From Adineta vaga (lineage: Eukaryota > Animalia > Rotifera): DNA of 64,000 nucleotides. The number at the start of each line of letters is the position of its first letter. Positions within the stretch are counted from its first letter, which is position 1. The position numbers and the translations under genes were made by a program. The DNA is taken from contig CP075493.1 in NCBI GenBank assembly GCA_021613535.1, forward strand, positions 3,100,001 to 3,164,000. Direction: 5' to 3'. Positions 1 through 14,400 of the stretch are shown here, piece by piece. The notes beneath the pieces were generated by a model. It worked only from the letters and a program-made list of their open reading frames with translations. It was not told the DNA's origin and made no database searches.

Positions 1-18
1 ATTTAATTTCTATCGTAG

Positions 19-101
19 ACGAATTACTTGCCGAAAAGGAAAAGTACAAGGGTGTCAGCGACGAACTCGACATGACATTAAACGAATTGTCGGGTTATTA
101 A
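19..101 (+). CDS. TPM: Tropomyosin, last coding exon (gene starts upstream of window)
   Basis: After acceptor ...tcgtag the exon reads (D)[26 protein letters not shown], the typical invertebrate tropomyosin C-terminus. Confidence 0.9.
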
Positions 102-649
102 TCAATGATATCAAATTATCTTGGTGGCGGTGGCGACAACACAAACAACAGCTAGCATTTTTTTCTACATGTTTTTCCTCTTTCTTTTTTCTTTTTTTGT
201 CTATTATACCTAAATAACCTTTCTGTGAATTTTTTCATGTGCACGGCAATGTCCGGGGGGACACAAGGTTGCTTTCTTTTTTTTAATTCTACTACCATAA
301 CAAAACAATGGTTTTTTGTTTTTCTTTATCTAATTAGATCATGCACACTTACACACATTTTTCTTCTTCTTCTTCTTCTCTCTCTCTTTCTCTTGAATTT
401 ATCATATTAATGTCTCTATAACTAGTTCAGTCTTTTTTCTTTCGTTCTTTAAAACTATTTCAAATCGTACAAATAAAAGACAAACAAAAGAAACCAAGAA
501 CTATTAAAATAGTAAAGAAGTTAAACATTATGATGTAAGAAACGAACAAAGATAAATATGATCTTACCGTGCGTTTTGATAAGAAACATATAGGCATGAT
601 TTTATACTTACATATTAAAAGAGATACTTCAGAAAAAAGAAAAAAAAGG

Positions 650-3153
650 ATGAATACGAATCTTGATCAACAATTAGAGACAATCGAACGAAATAGTAAA
701 GGATGGAAAACATTAACTTTCTATGATCGATCATTGTTACAACAACTTACTACATGTTTACAATCATGTTTAACTATTATATCAGATAATACTTTTCTAA
801 ATATTGTTATTAATCGACGACCACAAGTATTCGATATGTTCGAATGTATTGCAACACATTTATTCAAACAATGGAAACATCAAAAACGTTCATTGACTAC
901 TGAACAATTGAATTTCTTAACAATTGTCGGTACATTCAATCGACGAATAGCTTTAACATTACAAAATGATAATGATGATCCTTATAGTAATGAAGATGAT
1001 AATGAACAGAAAGATAATAATCTTGAACATCAAAAACGTGTTCGTGAATTATTATTTGATAATAATGAGAATTTATTCGATATTTTAATGGAAATCTTAC
1101 CATCTATAAGTGAAAATGATGTTAATTTTATTGAAATGATTTTATCATGGTATGAATCTTATATCTTTTTTGAACATAGTTACATAGATTCAACATTAGA
1201 TGAAAAATTTCATTTATTTTATAATCAAATTATTCAATGTTTGAAATCCAAAGGATATGAACGAAGTTTACTAATATTCGATCATCATCAAATATTAATA
1301 ACAACTGTTCGTCATCGATTTTATTTAGGTATGTGTACAATGGCGATGGGTATACATGTCAATTGTGATGACAATGAATGTGAAGATGCTAAAAATCTAT
1401 TAGAATCCTATCTCTCACGTTATATTACATTTATACATCATTTTCTAATTGATAATCAATTAAATTCATTAAATAGTTTAGTTAGTATTACTGGTATCAT
1501 ATCTTATCTAGTTAATTATACATTGATTATCGATAGTGATAATAAACAACAATTATTAATGGATTTATTTTCGATTATTCTTCATGAAAAATTCTATGAA
1601 AATATCACAATTAATTGGACAACTTATGAAACGATTTTAATTGATTCAATCATATGTTATTTGATTATTTATTGTTATGATAATCGTTTAATAGTTCGTC
1701 AAATTATACGAATAGATGAGAATTATATTTCAAAACTTGAACATTTAATTAATCATGCACAAAATATTGGTAATCGTCGTATAGCAATTATGACTCAATT
1801 ATTCTTACTCATTCTAACAAGTTGTACAAAACATGAAGATTTATCTCAAAAATTTTTTCTTCTATGTTTAACATATATTCAAATGTCTTTAGATAATACC
1901 TATTCATATCATTATAATCGTATACCAATGAGTTTATTTTTTAAAAGTATTATACATATTATGAAAGATGAATCAATTCAAGATATTATTGCTAAACATT
2001 ATTTAAATTTATTAACCAATTTAATTATAAATTATCAAGAAAATCATTTACATGATAATCTTATCTATCGAGAATGTACAATGATTACATGTACGCTTTT
2101 ATGGTCATTATCATTTAATGAAACAATTCGAAAAATTTTAAAGCAATATGATGATAAATTTTTTCATATTTTACAAACAATTAATACAAATACGAATGAA
2201 ATATTCGTTAAACAAGCGACTTGTGGTTTACTTTATAATTTAGATCGATTAGATTTTGATAAAGTAAGAATAATTGATACAGTTGTTATTGAATATGTTT
2301 GTTTTTCATCTAGAATTGTTCGATAACTGATCATAATTTTGGTAAAACTATTGGTATAAGTTATGATATATCTGATCAAGAGACAGTGCAAATGATTGAA
2401 CAAGAATTAAATAAAAATGGTCATCGTGTATGGACAAATTATGATCATATGAATGATCAATTCATTCCATCGTTTATATCTCTAATGAATAGTACGGAAT
2501 ATTTAATTATTTGTCTAAGTGATATGTATCGAATGAATAATCGTTGTCGTACGGAACTTCTCTATGCGACAACATCGGGTTGTTGTGTTCTCTCGTGGAA
2601 AGTTCAAATACCAACAGAGAATTCTGAAGAAAACGAACAAATTCGTATTCGTGCAATTGAAATATTACTTAAACGTATAACACCAATTGATAAGAATACT
2701 ATTTCAAGTACAGATATTACACATGTTACAGTTCATATGGAAAAACGTTCGACACCGACAAATTTCAATCGTCGTCGACGTACAAAAGAAATTATGAATT
2801 TAGAAAATTGGACAACTACAGAAGTTTCAAGATGGTGTCAATCATTGAATATACCAGGATTTTCGAAATTAATAACAAATTTCGATGGACAAAGTGTTGT
2901 GAAATTATATGAATTTTGTAAACAGAATTCGACTGAAACTATAGCCATATTAAATAATGATTTACATCATATATGTGAACAAGAGAATATATCTGACATA
3001 CAGATATCTCTTCATGAATTCATACGTTTTCAAATTGAAGTTGAAAAAGTAATCACATCATCTGAATTAGCAAGTTCATCCCTATCATTAACATCATTAA
3101 AACCGGAGATTTACAAAAAACGATTGAAAATTCGAACATGTTCTATTCTTTAA
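650..3153 (+). CDS. ARM/helical-repeat + TIR_2 + SAM-like domain protein with C-terminal CaaX motif (2 exons; intron 2264-2313)
   Basis: Exon 1 is helical with ARM-like LLWSLSFNETIR...ATCGLLYNL. Splicing gtaaga..tag joins in frame to TIR motifs IGISY..VW..YLIICLSDMY..CRTELLYA, then SAM-like LENWTTTEVSRWC..FDGQSVVKLY, ending KKRLKIRTCSIL*. Confidence 0.8.
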
Positions 3154-3735
3154 TATCATCGTACATTGTCTATGTTTTGTTTTATAATAAATATCATTCG
3201 AGTTTGAATTGTCAAAAGTTACAAAAGAAATTCATTCTTTAGTTTTCTTTTATTCAATCAGTGAACTTTCACATACAGTAATAAAAAAAAGAACGGATGA
3301 TTTCTGCTTGTTTTTTTTAACGTCTCAGAGATGTTTTCTTTTCTCAATTGTTGACTATCATAAAGAAAAAAAAATGCTTGTGCTAGAGAATTTTCCAATG
3401 AAGAGAAAAAAACCAACAAAAAGAAATGAACACACCGGACAGAAATCAAGAATGAAGAAAAAAAAGGAAGCTGCTGAATTTTCATGTTTACTTTGTTTGG
3501 TTTTTTTTAAAATAAGAACTTAGAATGAGTTAAACAGAACAACAAGCATGATGGAGGCGGAAATCATTTGGAGAAGAAAAAGAAGAAGATAGAAGAGAAC
3601 AATGTATGCTAACAGTTGCTTTTGTTTTGTTTTGTACAGTTACACAAGAAAGAAAAAAAAGAAAAATCGATTTTAATGCATACATTGATGTATGTCAAGA
3701 ATAATATAACAAATTGTTCATCTTAGTTTTTCAAT

Positions 3736-5254
3736 TTAATCGAAACTGCTTAAAAGATAGTTAGCTGCTAATTCTTCATTGCGATCACAAGCGAGAAAAG
3801 CTTCAATGACACGATTACGTTCAAAACCCATGTCTTGTAACTAAATGTAAGAGAACAATAATCATTGGAAATGACGGGAAAGAATGACATACTCTGTTTA
3901 TTGCTTGTTGATCTTGTGGCGAAAGAGTAATTGTGACAGTGCCCGGTGGTCCATGACCGCCTGCACCTCCAGCACCAACACCACCTTGTAATGGATCATC
4001 ATCATCACCTCCATCATCACCTTCATCAGCTTGATTTAATAATTCAAGAAATTCTTGTGGTCGTTGTTCAATTAACTAAAGAAAATGAAAGTAAATGAAG
4101 ATTTTTCTTCAATTATTTCACATGAATTTACTTGATAGAGTTCTGGTTGAGTGGCTTGTAATGTTTGCATGAGTGTTTGAAGTTGTTCAGGGTTTTGTTG
4201 AATTAATTGACGAAGTGCTTGAAATTGTGGATTTTGACTTAATTCAGATAGATCATCTATGAAAATAATTTTCAATAATCAATACACTATTCGATTGAAA
4301 TCAAGTAAAAGATTATTTTTACGAAATTAACTATCTCCGAAAATCTATGCTTTACAAACAATTCTTACCGTCTCCTCCTCGTCGACCACCTGTTGAACTT
4401 TCTGAACCAGTAGGTGTTTGGCCTGATCCACCTTCTTGGCTTGCTGTTGAGCCTTCATTGAGAATAGGAATGTTACCCTAAACAGAGATGAAATATAATA
4501 GTAATAATGTACAAATCTTTTTTTCATTATATCTATTTAATCTACCGTAATTAAATATTCAGCAGCACGTTCCACATGATAGAAACTGGCACGTAATGCA
4601 AGTTCAGCTTGTGCACGATCAAAGCCCATATCGGTTAACTCACGTAAAGCTTTTTCTCGAACTTCAGCGGATAGAAATGCATCTTGGGAAGCAGCTGGAG
4701 CATTTTCACTTGATGGAGCTGGTCGTGCTGGTTGTTGTTGTGGAGGGGCTGCAGCTGGTGTTGCAACATTAGGTGTACGAGCTTGTGTACTAAATGAACA
4801 AAATGGTCACTTTTTTCTGACGAATAGTATTCATAAACAAACCCAGTAGCTCCTGAAGGATTACTTGGTGCAGCAGCGCTTGCTGTTGTCTATTGAAATG
4901 AAGAAAGAAATATTTGATTTGATTTGAAGATAATCGTTCTCTTACTGCTTGAGGTTTAGGTACTGCTTGTTTGACAACAACAAGAAAACTTTCTGGAGTG
5001 ATGGCATAAGATTCCAAAGTTTTCGCATCTTCGAGAATTTTCCCCGAAAAGATCAATTTAACTGCATCAGCCTCATATTTATCTTTGAGATCTTTTGCTG
5101 CTATCTTTTCTTTTATTGTTTTTACCTAAGAATGAAAAAAACAAAATTTCAAAGAATTAATTTTTGATTTCATTTAAATATGTCTCACCGTATCAGATAG
5201 TTCACATTCAATAGTAAATTTTTCATTTGAAAGTGTCTTTATTTGAAGTTGCAT
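3736..5254 (-). CDS. RAD23: UV excision repair protein RAD23 (UBL-UBA-STI1/XPC-binding-UBA), multi-exon
   Basis: [13 protein letters not shown] (UBL), [22 protein letters not shown]1 [44 protein letters not shown]2 [27 protein letters not shown]. Confidence 0.95.
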
Positions 5255-6673
5255 TATTGATTAATACGTCCAACAAAAAATGAAATAAAGTAGATAATGC
5301 TCTAGAATAGAAGGCTATATATAAAGCAAATTTCGATGAATCAATATTACATCGAAGAAGAAGAAAAAAAACAACAACACATAGATTATGGAACACTCCA
5401 TGTTTTTTCTTTTTGATTATTGTCTATGATCTGACGGCATATAACGTGGCGACAAACAAACAAAAAAATGAATAATTTTTAAAAGTAAGAAAATAATTTG
5501 ACTTCGAACTAATTTCTCATTTTGTAAATATAGATATATGAGAGAGTTAAAATGAATTCTAAGTTTGTTTTAATGATATTTCATACGAATGATGGCGCTA
5601 CATCGTGGTAATGGATCGATTGCATGCAAGATAGAAAAGAACTAAGGCTGTTCATGACCGATAAAGTTTAATGAATGATTCAATGGGATAACCCGAAAAC
5701 TATCTGTATACCGATCAATATCAACCTTAATATTGTAATAAGGAAATAGTTGCAATTATCACCAAAATCAATATTTCTGTGTACATGATGTCTCTACGAA
5801 TTGAAACTATTTCCCATCCAAATGATGAAAATTATAAAAAAATGAAAGTAATTATCTAACCAAGTGAAACGGAAACATGTGATACCACCATCATATTTTT
5901 AAGATGTTCATGAACAACTGACACCACATTGTCGCAAAATAAAATGAATGATTGACCATCTGGTAAAGTGTTTAGTATATTTTCTAGCCTATTCCATTTA
6001 GTCGAAACTGATTATTCATTATATGAAAATGAGTAATACGGATAGATTTGTTTGTTTTTTCAAAATAGTACAAAATAATAAAGGTGAATATCTGAAATAT
6101 GTATTTTTTATATAAACATTTCTTTGTATTGATAGTCATGACCGTTTGACCTGAAACTGTATAATGATATATATATATATACTACGTCGCTTCGTTGACC
6201 TTTCCTTGTTAACTACATTTTCAACTGTTTAATTGCCATAACTATGAGTTATTAACACATTTAACATTCTAAATTTTCATCTTTCTTCAGTATTGAAATG
6301 AAATGCATAAGTGAATGAAGTATTTGTCAATAATACACTAATTTCGTCAAAGAAAGAAATGATGATAAATTCATTCTTTCAAATTTAAAAAAATAATATG
6401 ATATAGAAACAAGAAATTGAACAAATAACTTCAACTAATTTTCTTATTTTATCTAATTTTTCAATATTGACATTTGATTTATTTTAGATGGTGCCACAAT
6501 CGTTGTGTTTATTGAAACAAAGACCTTTTATTTTCTACCAATCATATGATTACAATACAATCTCATCTGATGATGATGGGTTATTTGAATTGTTGAATGA
6601 TTTCATCTCTTTTCATCGTTTTCATGTCGATGAATATTTTAATTATCTATTAGTTTAGAAAGAACAAATAATA

Positions 6674-9600
6674 ATGAATGAAGAAAAAGAAGATCCGATC
6701 TTAGCTGCTCCAAATCCTGTTAAAGATGAATCAATACCAATGGAAACAAATAATATCGATTCAACATCTGATGAAAAAGATAAAATTTCTCTTAGTTATG
6801 ATCAACGACGAATAAGTCTATTAAATAATCCCACATACGGTGTTATTCTTGCATTTTTGGATAAATTTCGTGGTAATATTGATATACAAGATTATCCATT
6901 GCATTTATTAGAAGAAAATCTTCTAAGTGATGAAGAGAATAGTAAATGAAGACGAATTTTTATCAAATTTATTCATTTCCTTTTCGTTCACTTTTTTCTA
7001 GTTAGTCGACGTTTAATTGATTTTCATTTAACTTTATTAAAACGAATATCATTGGGTAAAGGTGCCCAACGAGATAAATTTGTTTCAATTATAACTAAAG
7101 TAAGATTTAAATATTAATTGTTTCTAAATAAATTATTGTCTTATAGTTTGCCTATCGTTTCGATTTTGATGACGGAGATTACCTACAAATCAATGGATAT
7201 TCACATGCACAAATTGATATAAAACTTCGTATTTTAAAGGTATGAAAGATCAAAAAAAAACATTTCATCATTTAAATTTCGATTTTTAGAATTTGTTGGA
7301 AACACAATTCGATCATAATCAAGCATTCAAAACAGCTTTAGTAGAGAAACCATCGTTTGAAATTCGTTCACAAGCATTCGGTCGTGATCGTTCTGGTGCA
7401 TTCTATTGGTTATTTATGGTAAAATGATAATATTCTATTTGATTGAATATCTATTTTCATTCTATAGGATACTGAATGTTTTATACGATTATTTCGAGAA
7501 AATACAGATGATGATCGTACATGGACATATATTGCTACGTGAGTTATTGATTACTTTGATTTATCAGTTTAAGAATTCAAATATTTTTAGAGATAAAGAT
7601 GAACTAGAAAATTTTATGAAAATCCTTTTAACAGATAATATTCTTCGAAAGAAATTTCCTGGTAAGTTTTCTTGACAATAATTTTTGTGCAAATAATCAT
7701 GTGTTTTGTTATTTTCAAGATTGGAAATTTACTCATGAACCTTTCAATTCCATGGAACCATCGAATGAATTTCAAGAACGTTATGCTCCACTTCCTGTTA
7801 CTATAAAAAAAGAAGATATTAAATCACCTACTCCGCCACTATCTCCCATCGGTAGAAAGAAACAACTTGAATAGAAAGGAAACGTTAACTATTCTTATTT
7901 TAATTTAGTTTCTCGAATCAAACTTGAAAAGAAAGCCACTACTAAATCTAAAAAAGTCGTTTCTCCACCACCTGTAATCAAAACTGAAGTACACTCTGAT
8001 CAAGAATCATCGAATTCAGGTGATAAAACTGATCGACGTTCACCTGTTCCATCTACCGAACAAACTAATGCGAATGTAGCACGACAAGAAATAAATAATA
8101 ATCAAGAAGATGAAGAATTGAAAAGTCCAACGAGAAAATCACGTACTCGACGAAAATCTGCTACTTGGAGTAAGAAAAAACGACGAACAATATCCAATAC
8201 ATCTAAAAAAGACGAACAAGAAGAACAACAACAAGAAATTCTTCCAACAAAGTCACCAACAAAAGGACGAAAACGTAAACAAATCATTATGGATGACGAA
8301 GATATTCCAGTGACGAAAAAGAATGATGAAACTAGTCAAGACAAGGATAATATTCCAATTCTAATGGATGATGATTCGAATTGTAATGATCTACCAATTG
8401 CTTTACGTCGTTCAAGACGTGTTCGAAAAGCACCTACTACTGAACTTCCTTCAATTACATCTAGTCCAACAAAATCTGCTTCACAAGTAAGTTTCAAAAC
8501 ATTATTTAAATCATACGAAAATGCAATGTTTTCCTTTTTTAGGTCCTAAATAAAAAGAAATTAACAAATGGTAAAGGCAAAACTTCTAGTCAACCAACTG
8601 TTAAAACATCTTCTCAATCACATAAAAGTAAAAGCAAAAGTAAAAGTAAAAATGGTCGTAAACGTCGACGAGGTGGAAAATCATCTGCAAATGGTGTTTC
8701 ATCATCGAGTGAAGATGAACATCAACCATCTGAAGAAGATGAAGATGAATATAATTCAGATGATTATCTTCCAACAAACAGACAATCAGAAGAATTTGAT
8801 GAGGATGAATTATTAGAAGAAGAAGATGATAAGGATGAAGAATTTGTTCCTCGTCGTTCAGCAAAAACTGTCGCTAAACGTCGTGGACAAATGAATGAAA
8901 ATAATATTGAAGATTCACAATCAACATCAAGTGCATGTTGTATTTGTTCAAAAACTGATCGACCTGAGGCATTATTATTATGTGATGATTGTGATGATCC
9001 ATATCATTTAGAATGTCTTAAACCAATTCTATTAGCTGTCCCAGATGGAGATTGGTATTGTCCATTATGTGAACAAAAACGTTTTTCTGATAAATTAGTA
9101 GAAAAATTCATTCAATTGATCAAAGAATATGAAGAACTTGAAGTCAAACGAAAACAATGTATGTCGAAACGAACAAATCGTTTAGCCAATGTTATGTTAA
9201 ATCTTGATCGAATGGTTAAACGATCATCGAAAAAACGACGTACAAATGGCATTGCTTATAGTGATGAAGAAAACGAAGAGGAAGAAGAAGAAGAAGAGGA
9301 AAATAATGATAATCGATCAGAGGAAGAAGAGGATGATGATAGTGTCTATGGATTTAAAGATGATGGCAATATTGAGGGAGCAGAAAAATCTAAACGGCCA
9401 TCATCATCATCTCGAGGTCGAAGAGATCGACATGAAGTTGAAGAACCACACACGCTCGGTGTTAGATCTTGTCGACGAAAACCTCAAAATTATCGGTTTG
9501 ATGATTATGATAAAAAGATGAAAGCAGCAATGTTAGAATCTGGAGTGGAAGATGAAGATTTGGACAAAGAGTCAGGTATGCAAAACTGATACAATTCCAA

Positions 9601-11027
9601 CAATTCTATATTCATTTTTGGTAACTTAATATTTAGATGTATCAGATGGAGATGATAAGAAATCAACAAAAAAACGTGCTGGTTATGAAAAAGACGAAGA
9701 GTTTGAAGGTATCACTGTTAAACAAGATGATGAATTTGCACCCGATGAAAACAAGTATTGTTTACCTTGTTTTGCTGAAAAATTAATATTTATATTGTTC
9801 TATTCAATAGTTCGGATGCCAGTGACAGTGAAGAAGAAGAAGAAGACTATAATGATGATGAAACAAGTGAGGATGAAGATTGGAAAGGTAAACGGCGATC
9901 ATCGACAAGAAAGAAACCCATTACGAAGTAGAAAAACGCTCGTTTGATTCTTTTAAATTTTAAGCCATTTTATTTTTCGTAAATTTAGATCAAATCGTCG
10001 AAAATCGAGAAACAAATCCGATGATGATGAAGATGATGATGACGATTCTCGTACGTTATATTTCGATGGTTTACTTACCAATTGACTTATTTTGTTTGAT
10101 TTTAGTTTCTGATACTGAACTAAGTCGTTTTCAAACAGCAAATACAACCAAATCAGAAACAAATACTGATTGTGATTTAAATGATACGGGTAATGATGAT
10201 ATAAGACGATCATCACGAACGGCGTCACAAAGAAATTATGCGAAACAACAAGATGATAGTAATGATGATGATGATGAAGATCTTTTCGAAAATGGTCGTC
10301 CACCACCGAGACGTATGCGGTATAAAAAACGCCATGGTAGTGATGATTCATTTGTGGACGATGATGATGATTATGAAAAATTACAACGAAAACGTAAAAT
10401 AGTTAAATATGGAAAAGTAGTATCACGATCAAGTATAACGGATCATTTGAAAAATTTCGTCGACGAAGATCAAGAACAAGAAGAAAGCAAACAGTCCGGT
10501 ATGATTGATATATTTTGTTTTTCTTGTTTATTGAGAGGAAGTTTCTTTTTTCTTTTTATAGCATCAGCATCACAAGATGGAGTAAAGGAACCTGTAGATG
10601 ATAATTCAAAAGAACCAAATAAAGTTCCACCAACGGAATCTAATGAGCCACAACAATCAGATGATGATGATGATTTTCCAGATGAACAAGAAATTTTCAA
10701 AGCAAACGGTCTACTGAAGTTACAGAAAACTCTCACGGCACCGGTAAGTTTTTGCCTTCATTTATCTACATTTTACATACGACAGATGATTCACAAACAT
10801 TTTCTTTTTCCTCAAAGAAGCCTACCAGTTTTCGACCAGCATTTGGTGCTCCAACTCATTCATATCAACATGCAATAGTCGATCCAACAGCCCGTTTTGC
10901 CATGATTCGTCCGCCCATTCGGCCTGCAATGAACAATGGTTATCCATCCAATGGACATGATCCGAATTTAGGAGGCGAAACTCATCAACCGAGTGAAATG
11001 AATGGTCATAATGGTCCAACCTCATGA
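6674..11027 (+). CDS. RSF1: Remodeling and spacing factor 1-like chromatin protein (DDT/WHIM-like N-terminus, PHD finger, acidic tail), multi-exon
   Basis: YGVILAFLDKF, KLRILKNLLETQFDHN, FGRDRSGAFYW (WHIM-like), PHD CCICSKTDRPEALLLCDDCDDPYHLECLKPILLAVPDGDWYCPLC, then R..NYRFDDYD as in RSF1. C-terminal exon boundaries less certain. Confidence 0.8.
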
Positions 11028-11494
11028 CAAATCCTAAAGTAAAACTAATCCATAAATAAAATAAAAGACAATCGATATGATAAGATCTTTTCTCTCTCTC
11101 TCTCTTTTTCTCATTCATGTACACTATTCATTTTCTTTTCTGTTGTTCATTGTCAACACTGAATGTGATTGTATAAACACATTTAGAAAGTAACTAAAAA
11201 AGTAGTTTTTTTTTTCGTCTCTTTTTTTTGTCAATATGTATTGTATTATTATTATTATTGGCACATGTGTTGCCCTCCAATTAGTTATTCAGTCTGTTGT
11301 TGCGTATGCTTGTACATTTCATTTTTTCTCATTTGACCAACAAAATTCAAATAACAAAGACACGCATATATTATGTACATCCCATAAAATGCCAATGATC
11401 GATTTTTTTTTCTTCATTTTTTCAATAATATTGGTAGTTTTTGTTTTCATTTTCTTCGATAATTCTTAATATTCTAGATAATGATTAGACAATA

Positions 11495-14400
11495 ATGAAT
11501 TATTCAAAAGTTTTCTTAATCTTCATTTTATTTATTGTTAATTGTCATGGAGTAAAAGATAAATTCGTTTCAATTACACTTGATGCTAAATGGTTAGATA
11601 CACCATTACATCAAGAAGCAAGGTAAAAGAAGAATTATGTACTATTAAGAAAGACTCATTTTTGTTTTTCTTTTGTTCTCTAGTGAATTTCTTGCCACAC
11701 AAAATAGACAATATTTTTGGTCATTAATTAATGATGTTAGTTCATTCGACTTGTTCACACCGGATGCGCGTATGAAATAAAATATGAAACTTTTTTTGTT
11801 TTGATTTCTGTATTTTGTTTTTCAGTTGGTTCATCACAGAATTATCATGATCAATTGCTATCATTTAGTAGTCAATATTTAAATACAATAACAAATACTC
11901 TCTTACGTATGGCACTTGCTCTACGATCTTATTCACCAGCTGTTCAAATGATGCGTAAAATGGCACATGATACTGGTATGACACGACAATGTTCAACATT
12001 TGTGGATATACATGGTGTTTATACATGTAATGTTGAAGAGATTGATAATCTTATTGAATCAGTAGGCGAACGGTAAATCTATAGAAAGTTGTATTGGATT
12101 ATCGCATTATCTAGATATTTTGTTGTTTAGGTCAAAATTTTTGTTACCGTTTGATCATCATTTTCCAGGAAAGTCGAATGATGAAGATAAATCGGTTGTT
12201 ACTGTTGTTCTCTACGGTGATTTTGGTGATCAAAATGAATTTAAATCATTCCATAGTAAACTTTCATCATTGGCATTAAATGGCAAAATTGATTATGTTC
12301 TACGACATAATAGTAAAGTAAGTAAATCAATATTTTACTATTCAAATGATACTATGTATTTTATTTTCTAGACTTCGAATGAAAATCGACGAAAAGTTCG
12401 TTTAGCTGGTTACGGAGTAGAGCTACAAATAAAAAGTACAGAATATAAAGCAACTGATGATTCTAAAGTAAGTTTTTTTTTCTGTTTCAAACTTATTCGA
12501 TCTTATTTTCATTTATTTAACTTTAGATTCGTGATGATCAAATGAATGATACAGCTGCTAAAGTTAACGATGAAAAACAAGAGGAACAAATTCATGGTTT
12601 TGTCTTTTCAAAACTCAAAGGTATGACGATCTTGATTAAATCTACATGTCATTCATTCTATTCTTAATCTTTATAGAACTTTATCCAGAAAAGCAAACTG
12701 AATTAAATGAATTTCGTACGTATCTTCTTGATGGTTCCGATCCAATGACACCTTTAAAAGCATGGCAAATGCAAGATCTTAGTTTACAATGTGCATATCG
12801 TGCATTAACTGAAAAAACATTGGACGAAGCTTTTAATACATTAGTTGAATTATCACAAAATTTTCCATCTCGTGCTCGGTAAAGAATGAACTCGAACATT
12901 AAATTTCAATAAAAATCTTCTGTTGTTTTCTTTTTCTAGTCTTCTATCCAAAGTAAAGATTGATTCTTCATTTCGTGAAGCTCATCGTTCCAATCAAGAT
13001 GAATTTCGTAGTCATATGGAACTTGAAGCTGGTCAATCAGCTTTATTTATTAATTCAATTCCTCAATCATTAGATACAATTGATCTTTATGTCCTATTAA
13101 ATACATTATTAAATGAAGGTCAAATGATGGAACGTCTTCATATGATTGGTTTAAATAAAACTCATACACGACAATTACTTACAAATGAATTAAATATTCA
13201 GACAATAAATTATATTCTTGATTTTCGTCATCCAGCAATACTTTGGTTAAATGATTTAGAAAAAGATTCACAATATTCCAAATGGCCAGCGAGTTATTAT
13301 GATTTATTACGTAATAATTTCTTTGGTGGTCTTCGTACAATACGTAAAAATCTTTATAATCTTGTTGTAATTATTGATCCATCACAAATTGATACGTCAT
13401 ATGAATTAATAAAGAATCTGGAATCTTATTTTGTTCATGAATTACCCATACGTATTGGTTTAGTAATGATTACAAATGATGAATATAGTATTGATCTTTA
13501 TCGTGCCTTTCGATATCTTTTAAAACAACATGGAAATCCTACACGTGCATTAGCATTTCTTAATGAATTATATAAAAGTAAAAGTACAGATGTACAACAA
13601 ATCTTTTCAAAGAAAGCAAAATATTCCGGTAGTTTATCGGCTATATTTGATGAATCAAATTCATTTGAAACAGAACGTCAAGAAATGAATTCATATTTTG
13701 AACAAAGTGGCCTATCACGTGGTATTCCACATGTTTTATTCAATGGAAATCCTTTGACTGCTGATGAATTATTACCTAGTGCATTTGAAGATGTCATTAC
13801 AACGCGAATGTTAAGAATGCAATTTGATATTCAACAACAAGTTTATCATGGACAATTGAAAGATTCCGATAATATTATTGAAATCTTAAATACAAAACCA
13901 AATGTTGTTAAACGTTTAAATCAACGAATCTTTGGACAAACAGCATCCATGCCAACAGTCTATGTCGATTTATCTATGATCAATGGACAAGCAAAAGATT
14001 TATTGGATGCAGAAAAATTTCAAACGTTACACGTCCGTGAACAAGCATCTGTTATTATGGCTAGTATGATTTATTTAGGAAAAAAAGATGAATTAGGACA
14101 ACCACTCTATCCAATCACCTTATGGATTGCTTGTGATCTTGATCGACCTGATGGAAGACAATTATTTTTAAATTCATTACTTTATTTAAAGAGTCATACA
14201 CATGCAAGATTAGGTTTATTAGTAAGTCAATTCTATTCTTATTGAATAAAAAAAGAACTTTCTTTCTCTTATGTGTTTCAAGGCATCTTTCGATTCGGAA
14301 TCTCGTCCTAGTAGTCATCCAATAACGAAAGCTGTTTATACGGCTATTCGACTTCTTTCACCACCAATCGCTCGTACATTTATCATGAAATTATTGAAAG

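Noticed and set aside
5590-6010. Coding-like minus-strand fragments with a possible intron
   Set aside because: Frames are broken by stops and no family is recognisable; may be a decayed gene but is unsupported.
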